The position numbers and the translations under genes were made by a program. Below the pieces are notes generated by a model, which had not been told where the DNA came from, made no database searches, and saw nothing but the letters and a program-made list of their open reading frames with translations. A DNA stretch of 61,549 nt, filler included, from Desulfobacterales bacterium (GTDB lineage: Bacteria > Desulfobacterota > Desulfobacteria > Desulfobacterales > Desulfatibacillaceae): the NCBI GenBank assembly GCA_020057225.1. It is 4 parts of 4 records of this genome, joined end to end, with 100 filler letters (N's around TTAATTAATTAA, not from the genome) between each part and the next. Parts side by side here need not be neighbours in the genome. Positions count along the whole stretch, not along the records: positions 54,511 to 61,549 come from JAGVGH010000065.1; 3 more parts are not named here. One strand, 5' to 3'. This document shows positions 56,518 to 61,549 of this stretch, piece after piece. Within the stretch, counting starts at the first letter, position 1; the number at the start of each line of letters is the position of its first letter.

Positions 56518-57475
56518 GGGTTCCGGGCGGGAGCTTGCAGGGTATATTCAAGTTTCCAGAAATAACGAAAAGCCTGTTGAACCGGCGGACTACGCGCGGC
56601 TCAAACCCTATTTCCAGGGCCAGCGGCACCCCTTGTGCGTGTACTCCCTCGATGTGATAACCGTGTGGTCGAACCACCTGGTTCAGCCCGTCGCGGCCGA
56701 GGTGGACGGCATGCTCGCCGTGGCGGCCCGCTACGCGCGCTCCCCTGAAAAAGACCATCTGCTTCTGCCCCTTGCTCCGGGCGGCGCCGACTGCCCGCCG
56801 GACACACTGAGGCGTCTCGCGGACAGCTTTGCTGTCGGGCAGTTCTGGTTTGTCCCTGAAGATTATATCTCCCGGCACCGCCAAAACGGTCTGGAGAGCC
56901 TTTTTTCCGTAGCCCCCCAGCCGGAGCTGGCGGATTATATCTATCTGGCGGAAGATTTGGCGGAACTTAAAGGCAACAGGTTCCACGACAAGCGCAACCT
57001 TTGCAGGCAGTTCGAGAAGAATTACATTCTTCCGGGAAGAGCGGGGGCGGAGCCTGTGACTCCGGAAAACCAGGAGGAGTGCGCCGAGTTTCTGGATGAA
57101 TGGTGCGCGGAGCGGGATTGCGCGTCCCGGGAGAATGACGATCTCAACTGCGAGCACCAGGCATGCCTGAACGCGCTGGAAAACATCGCCTCTTTGGGCA
57201 TGAGCGGTCTGGCTGTCCGGGTGGACGGAAAAATCACGGCCTTTGGAATCGCCTCCCAGGTGACCGGCGACATGGGCGCGCTGCATTTTGAAAAAGCCAC
57301 ATCCCGGATCAAGGGACTGTACCAGTACCTGGACAGGGAATGCGCCCGCCGCCTTTTCAAAGGCATGACATTCATCAACAAGGAAAGCGACATGGGCCTG
57401 CCTGGTCTGGCCCAGGCCAAGCGCTCCTACAATCCGGTCCGGATCGAGCTGGCGTACTGTCTTGCCGCCAGATAG
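56501..57475 (+). CDS. DUF2156 / phosphatidylglycerol lysyltransferase C-terminal domain protein (second paralogue)
   Basis: DYIY...DLAEL.GNRFH.KRN, HFEKA, GLYQ, INKESDMG.PGL.QAK.SY.P; overlaps the GNAT stop. Confidence 0.88.
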   Translation: MLYQNEGSGRELAGYIQVSRNNEKPVEPADYARLKPYFQGQRHPLCVYSLDVITVWSNHLVQPVAAEVDGMLAVAARYARSPEKDHLLLPLAPGGADCPPDTLRRLADSFAVGQFWFVPEDYISRHRQNGLESLFSVAPQPELADYIYLAEDLAELKGNRFHDKRNLCRQFEKNYILPGRAGAEPVTPENQEECAEFLDEWCAERDCASRENDDLNCEHQACLNALENIASLGMSGLAVRVDGKITAFGIASQVTGDMGALHFEKATSRIKGLYQYLDRECARRLFKGMTFINKESDMGLPGLAQAKRSYNPVRIELAYCLAAR

Positions 57476-57536
57476 GCGGAAACCTCCGGGATTCACCGCG
57501 CGTTAATCCGGCGCGGGTCTGGCCAGGGAGGCAGCC

Positions 57537-57764
57537 ATGTTTGGAAAGGACTTTTTCGACACGCCAAGAACCCGGGTATCCACCAGCGGAGGCCCGGTGG
57601 ATCTGCCCGTCCTGTACAGGGATGTGTCTGTCCGCCACTTTCTTTTCATGGTGGACCGGGCGCGGCCCTTTGCGGTGGAGGCCGCGGATGTGTTTGCCTC
57701 AAGGCTCAATCCGGCTCAGGTGCTGGCACCCTGGCCCGCGCCTCCTTTGCCTTACGGGGACTGA
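57537..57764 (+). pseudogene. Possible acetoacetate decarboxylase-superfamily gene remnant
   Basis: GGAGG RBS; FF...STSGGPVDLPVLY.D resembles the N-terminus of ADC-like proteins, but the ORF is only 75 aa. Confidence 0.45.
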
Positions 57765-57785
57765 CGGCCCGCGTTTCCCGCGCCG

Positions 57786-59972
57786 TTATTTCCCTTTCCG
57801 CCTCCGCCGCAGTGCTCCCGCGATCAACGCCAGCGCCGCCATGGCGAGCGCCCCGGCCAGAGCTACAGACTGCGCGCGTCCCCGGCCCTCCCGCGCGGTT
57901 TCCAAAAGGCAGCCCGGCGGGTCGAAGGGATCGTACTGCTTAAAGCCCGAAAAAGGCATATCCGGTGTTTCGCCCGCGGAGGGATTGATTGCCCCGACGC
58001 CGAACATGGAAAGGCTCGACACCCGGACCGTCGCGTACCCTATTTTCCCGGTCCCGATATAGTCTGTTGCCAGGATGTCTCCGTCCGGCACGATGTTGAC
58101 GCTGAGGTTGTATTCCAGGTACGACTGGTCACGGGCGTGGCGAATGTAACGGTTGACTTTTTCAATCCCTTCCAGCCCCACGGTGATGAGGTCAAAGGGG
58201 ATGGTGATGTAAACGTAATCTGACAGATAATTATAGTCTGTGTTTGGGCTGTTGGTTTCGTAGATTTTCGCGGCGACAAGGTAGGGCGAAGCGTCCGTTG
58301 TTTCCGCTGCCACTGTTCGCGTGACGACGGCAAGTTCCACAGTCATGCTGTCGTTTTGCGGCATTGTGAGCTGAGACATTTGCACGGTGCCGGCCGGAAG
58401 CTCTGCGACCCCCGCGCGGGTTCCGTCCCCGGCTATCAGGTTTTTCCGGAATCCGGAGGCTGTTGGCACGAGCCAATGGTATTGGCTGAAGGTGAGCGGG
58501 CGCATGTTTACTACAACACCCGTTACCGGCAGGGCTCCCTGGAGGAGGATACTCCCCCGGAAATCCGTGCAATAGGCCACAAGGGTATAGCCCGGGGCTT
58601 CCGGATCCTCCGCCATGTCAATGCGGAACTGGCCGTCGCCGGTTTTGACCTCGCCCATGGAAATCTGCTCCCCTTCCTCCTCTCCTGGCCCAAGAAGGGC
58701 GACTGTCACTGTCTGGGTAAGGGCCAAGGGGATGCCGCCGGAGGTGATGGTCACCGTGCCTGACACATAGGCGCCTGCCGCGCCGCTCTCAAGCTCGACG
58801 CTGGTTTTGTCCTTGGCGTTCAAGACCTCTGTGGACGCGAATGTTCTGGGGACATAGCCCGCCTTGAAGGCGTGAAACAAAAAACGTCCGGCGTCCGGAA
58901 GCTGGAAGGACCACCGTCCCGCGACATCCGTCCGGGTGGTTTCGGCATAGGCCTCGGGGTACAGCAGATGGACCGTGGCGCCGGGGAGGGGGGACCCGTC
59001 CGCCACAAGGGCGCCTTCAAAAAGGCGTGAGTTCAGGATAACGATTCTGCCAAGGGGCCTGGGCACGTAAATGTTGTTTCCATCCAGCAAAAGCTCATGG
59101 CTGGAGGTTTCAAGCACTACATAAAAGAGGGTGTTGGCCGTCACGTCCGCGGGCGGGATGTAGGTGAAGTCCGCGGAGCCCGCCGCGTTGACCACCGCCA
59201 GGGATGTAATGGTTCCGTACTTGGCGGGATAGGAGCTTTGATCCGAGCCGGTTCCGTCCACTTTGTCCCAGAGGCTCGCCGTGTAGATGGCGCCTACGGG
59301 CGCGCCTGTTATGGAGAAGGTGACCGGGGCGCCGCCCTCCAGCATGCTGACATGGTCGCCGGTGATGGCGGGCGGGACGTGGAAAACATGGGTGTCGGTT
59401 CCGCCGCTCCCGCCGATGGAATCGCTGACGGTGACAGTGTAGGCGCCCGCGTACAGGCCCGTGGAGGGGGCGGTAAAGGTAAAGGTGTCGCCGCTGTGGT
59501 CCATGGACGGAATGGGCCCTTCCGGGCCCGTGACAGTCCAAAGGTATTGGGAGTAATCCCCGCCCTCCACTTCCATTGTCTGGGACTCGCCTGAGATGAG
59601 AATATGTCCGATGTTGCTTTGATTAACGATGTACAGGCTGGTGAAAACCGCTGTGGCAATGGTGTAGGTGTCCGTCCCTCCCGCCGCGGTCACTTCAAGG
59701 GTCGCGGTGTATTTTGAAGGGTTGTCGCTTATCGCCAAGGGCGCTGTCCAGGTGACAATCCTTTGCCGGGCGTTGGTGGAGGAGCCGGCCTCAAATACCC
59801 AGCGGTAGGTGGCCCCGGCAATGTCAGGCCCCTCCAGAACGGTGCTTTCCCCGATTCGGACAGAGGTTTTGGCCGCCTGGATCTGGGCGTGGGCGAAGGT
59901 TCCTGTGAACAGCAGGGATGCGTACAGGAACGCGGCAAGCAAAAGAAGCGGGCTTTTGATTCGCATGTTCAT
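57786..59972 (-). CDS. Secreted multi-Ig/PKD-like surface protein with carboxypeptidase-regulatory-like domain and C-terminal Cys-TM-basic sorting signal
   Basis: Signal peptide ending AHA; Thr-rich beta-sandwich segments; DG.PLPGATV...TD..GRW.F; ends PPGCLLETA...hydrophobic helix-RRRRKGK. Confidence 0.8.
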   Translation of the reverse strand: MNMRIKSPLLLLAAFLYASLLFTGTFAHAQIQAAKTSVRIGESTVLEGPDIAGATYRWVFEAGSSTNARQRIVTWTAPLAISDNPSKYTATLEVTAAGGTDTYTIATAVFTSLYIVNQSNIGHILISGESQTMEVEGGDYSQYLWTVTGPEGPIPSMDHSGDTFTFTAPSTGLYAGAYTVTVSDSIGGSGGTDTHVFHVPPAITGDHVSMLEGGAPVTFSITGAPVGAIYTASLWDKVDGTGSDQSSYPAKYGTITSLAVVNAAGSADFTYIPPADVTANTLFYVVLETSSHELLLDGNNIYVPRPLGRIVILNSRLFEGALVADGSPLPGATVHLLYPEAYAETTRTDVAGRWSFQLPDAGRFLFHAFKAGYVPRTFASTEVLNAKDKTSVELESGAAGAYVSGTVTITSGGIPLALTQTVTVALLGPGEEEGEQISMGEVKTGDGQFRIDMAEDPEAPGYTLVAYCTDFRGSILLQGALPVTGVVVNMRPLTFSQYHWLVPTASGFRKNLIAGDGTRAGVAELPAGTVQMSQLTMPQNDSMTVELAVVTRTVAAETTDASPYLVAAKIYETNSPNTDYNYLSDYVYITIPFDLITVGLEGIEKVNRYIRHARDQSYLEYNLSVNIVPDGDILATDYIGTGKIGYATVRVSSLSMFGVGAINPSAGETPDMPFSGFKQYDPFDPPGCLLETAREGRGRAQSVALAGALAMAALALIAGALRRRRKGK

Positions 59973-60079
59973 TCGTGGCGGTGTTGGAGGTGCAGAAACA
60001 AGGCGGACCAAGAGCCGCGCTCCCGGTCGCCGGGCGGTTTTCCTATTCTATTGGAAATCCCGGGGAATTTTTCACGGAC

Positions 60080-60244
60080 GAGGCAATTGCAAAACTCATA
60101 GAAACGATAAATTTAACCTAGGCTGGATGGTTCCGCCCGTAGGGAAGGTTCATCCAACACATAGAAATCATTTTAGAAATGTTTGGTACACCCGGGCATT
60201 ACGGCCCGGAACCATCCAGCCTACGCCTATTATGCAATTACCCC
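60080..60244. mobile_element. MITE copy (GAGG-AATTGCAAAA family)
   Basis: Collinear with 28819-28983. Confidence 0.75.
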
Positions 60245-60470
60245 GGACCATAAAGGATTTCCAAGACTGGCGCAACGGTTTTTTGACACGTGAAAAAAGA
60301 GGGCTTTAAGCGTAAGTCGGCGGGACGCCAGGAAACGGGACGCAAATGTTCACGGCTCCCTGGCTCATCCGGTGGAATCCCGGAAAAGCACCGGGCGTCT
60401 TGACGGCCCGCCCTGTTTTCGCGTATAGATGCCCGTGTTCCGGCAAGCTCTGGAAAAGAAGCCAGGAGTC

Positions 60471-60580
60471 ATACCAACATGCGGTCCAATCCGTAACACC
60501 TGCTGAAAGCTCCCGCTCAATCGCTCTCTGTGGGAGAGGGCCGGGGTGAGGGCACACCTTGTCGGATTGCACTTTGGTAT
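60471..60580. repeat. MITE-like repeat with ATACCAA...TTGGTAT ends
   Basis: Short TIR; inverted copy at 24546-24649. Confidence 0.7.
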
Positions 60581-60678
60581 CAGAAGTTCGAAGAACGTGT
60601 CTCGACCTGGCCCCACAGCCCTGTGTGGACACCCGGACACGGATTCCAACCCCCCGGTGAGGGAGCGGAGGTTTTCCC

Positions 60679-61200
60679 ATGGGCCAGACACGCGCGATAT
60701 CCAGATTCCGCCTTGCGGCCATTGTGGTTTTCATGGCCGCCGCCGCCCTTCTTTTCTCCTCCTGCGGCCTTTGGCCCTGGGGCAAAGCGGCGCGCGGGGA
60801 GGCATCGCGACAAAGCGGGAAAAAAACAACGGCCCCAAAGGCCGGGGACGAGGAGGCCGCCCTGACGCGCGCGTTCACCTGGGAGGCCGAAGGATGGAAC
60901 GCCAAGGACGCGCCCTGGCTCATGGCGGCCTGGCATCCGGAGGCGGAGGCTGTTTTTGAAAGAGGCAAACCGGCGATGAACTGGCAGGACTACCGGGAAT
61001 TCGCCGTCAAGACCATGGGCGACTGCCACGGGATGACCTACTCGGATTTCAAGGACATCAAAATCCGCGAAACCCGCGCGAGCCTTGTCTGCACCCGCTC
61101 GCTGCTTTACAGGGGCGCGCCTTCCAAAGAGAAGATGCGTTTTGACCTTATCCGCTACAAGGGGGTGTGGTTCCTCGCGAAAAGCGGTTTTGAGCCGTAG
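60679..61200 (+). CDS. Putative lipoprotein, possibly NTF2-like fold
   Basis: Lipobox-like LFSSC; W.AKD......WHPEA; terminal F.LIR..G.W.L. Confidence 0.7.
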   Translation: MGQTRAISRFRLAAIVVFMAAAALLFSSCGLWPWGKAARGEASRQSGKKTTAPKAGDEEAALTRAFTWEAEGWNAKDAPWLMAAWHPEAEAVFERGKPAMNWQDYREFAVKTMGDCHGMTYSDFKDIKIRETRASLVCTRSLLYRGAPSKEKMRFDLIRYKGVWFLAKSGFEP

Positions 61201-61234
61201 CCCCGCCGGCGGATCCGGAGAAGCCAGGAGACAG

Positions 61235-61271
61235 GAGTTAGAAGTTAGAAGTTAGAAGTTAGGAGTTAGAA
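61235..61271. repeat. Heptamer tandem repeat (AGTTAGR)x5
   Basis: AGTTAGA AGTTAGA AGTTAGA AGTTAGG AGTTAGA; complementary CTAACTC units at about 229-246. Confidence 0.8.
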
Positions 61272-61451
61272 GCTGGTTCTTCGTTCAATAAATAACATAG
61301 CAATGATTAAACCGTGATTTCATCCATTCGGCATTTACCTCGGCCAAGCGCGGCAAGCCGTTCCAAAAAGGCGATTTCGTCCGCTCTCAGGGCCAACGGG
61401 CTGCGCTTGCTCTTGTCACCCGACTATACCATAGCCAAACAGTTTATTGCT

Positions 61452-61549
61452 GAGGTAATTGCAAAATGAGGCGTAGGTTGGGTGGTTCCGGGCCGCAAGG
61501 CCCGGGTTCACCCAACAATTATACCATTATTCCAAGATGTTGGGTGAAC
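61452..61549. mobile_element. MITE copy (GAGG-AATTGCAAAA family), runs off the window end
   Basis: Near reverse complement of the right part of 21916-22081. Confidence 0.78.

Overview
GC-rich draft-genome window, most likely from a Desulfobacterales-type deltaproteobacterium (inferred from gene content). Four contigs (1-22921, 23022-43471, 43572-54410, 54511-61549) are joined by N-padded TTAATTAATTAA linkers, so adjacency across gaps is not evidence. Contig 1 carries an approximately 16 kb co-oriented envelope locus: a giant filamentous-haemagglutinin/DUF3739 exoprotein split by a 1-nt frameshift, a DUF2341-LamG-ExbB fusion, ExbD, a TonB-like protein, a putative porin, a coiled-coil protein and an STN/secretin-N0-like protein. 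It is followed by DUF2156, an Rrf2 regulator, an atypical membrane Ser/Thr kinase and a methyltransferase. Contig 2 is mostly metabolic and housekeeping: etfA end, two acyl-CoA dehydrogenases, LOG, rdgB, iorAB, a CoA-transferase III, two-component genes, coaD, rsmD and ribD, plus gene remnants and an AT-rich patch inside a histidine kinase gene. Contig 3 is a metal/tetrapyrrole uptake cluster (TonB, ABC transporter, CobN-like chelatase, TonB-dependent receptor, His-tailed CooT). Three of its gene leaders contain terminators sharing a GCCAYGARGG motif, and I see no recognisable riboswitch. Contig 4 has cbiO, a GNAT-DUF2156 pair, a surface protein with a Cys-containing C-terminal sorting signal, and a lipoprotein. 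Intergenic regions are full of nested MITE/REP-like repeats. Family assignments are from motif recognition by eye, not database searches.
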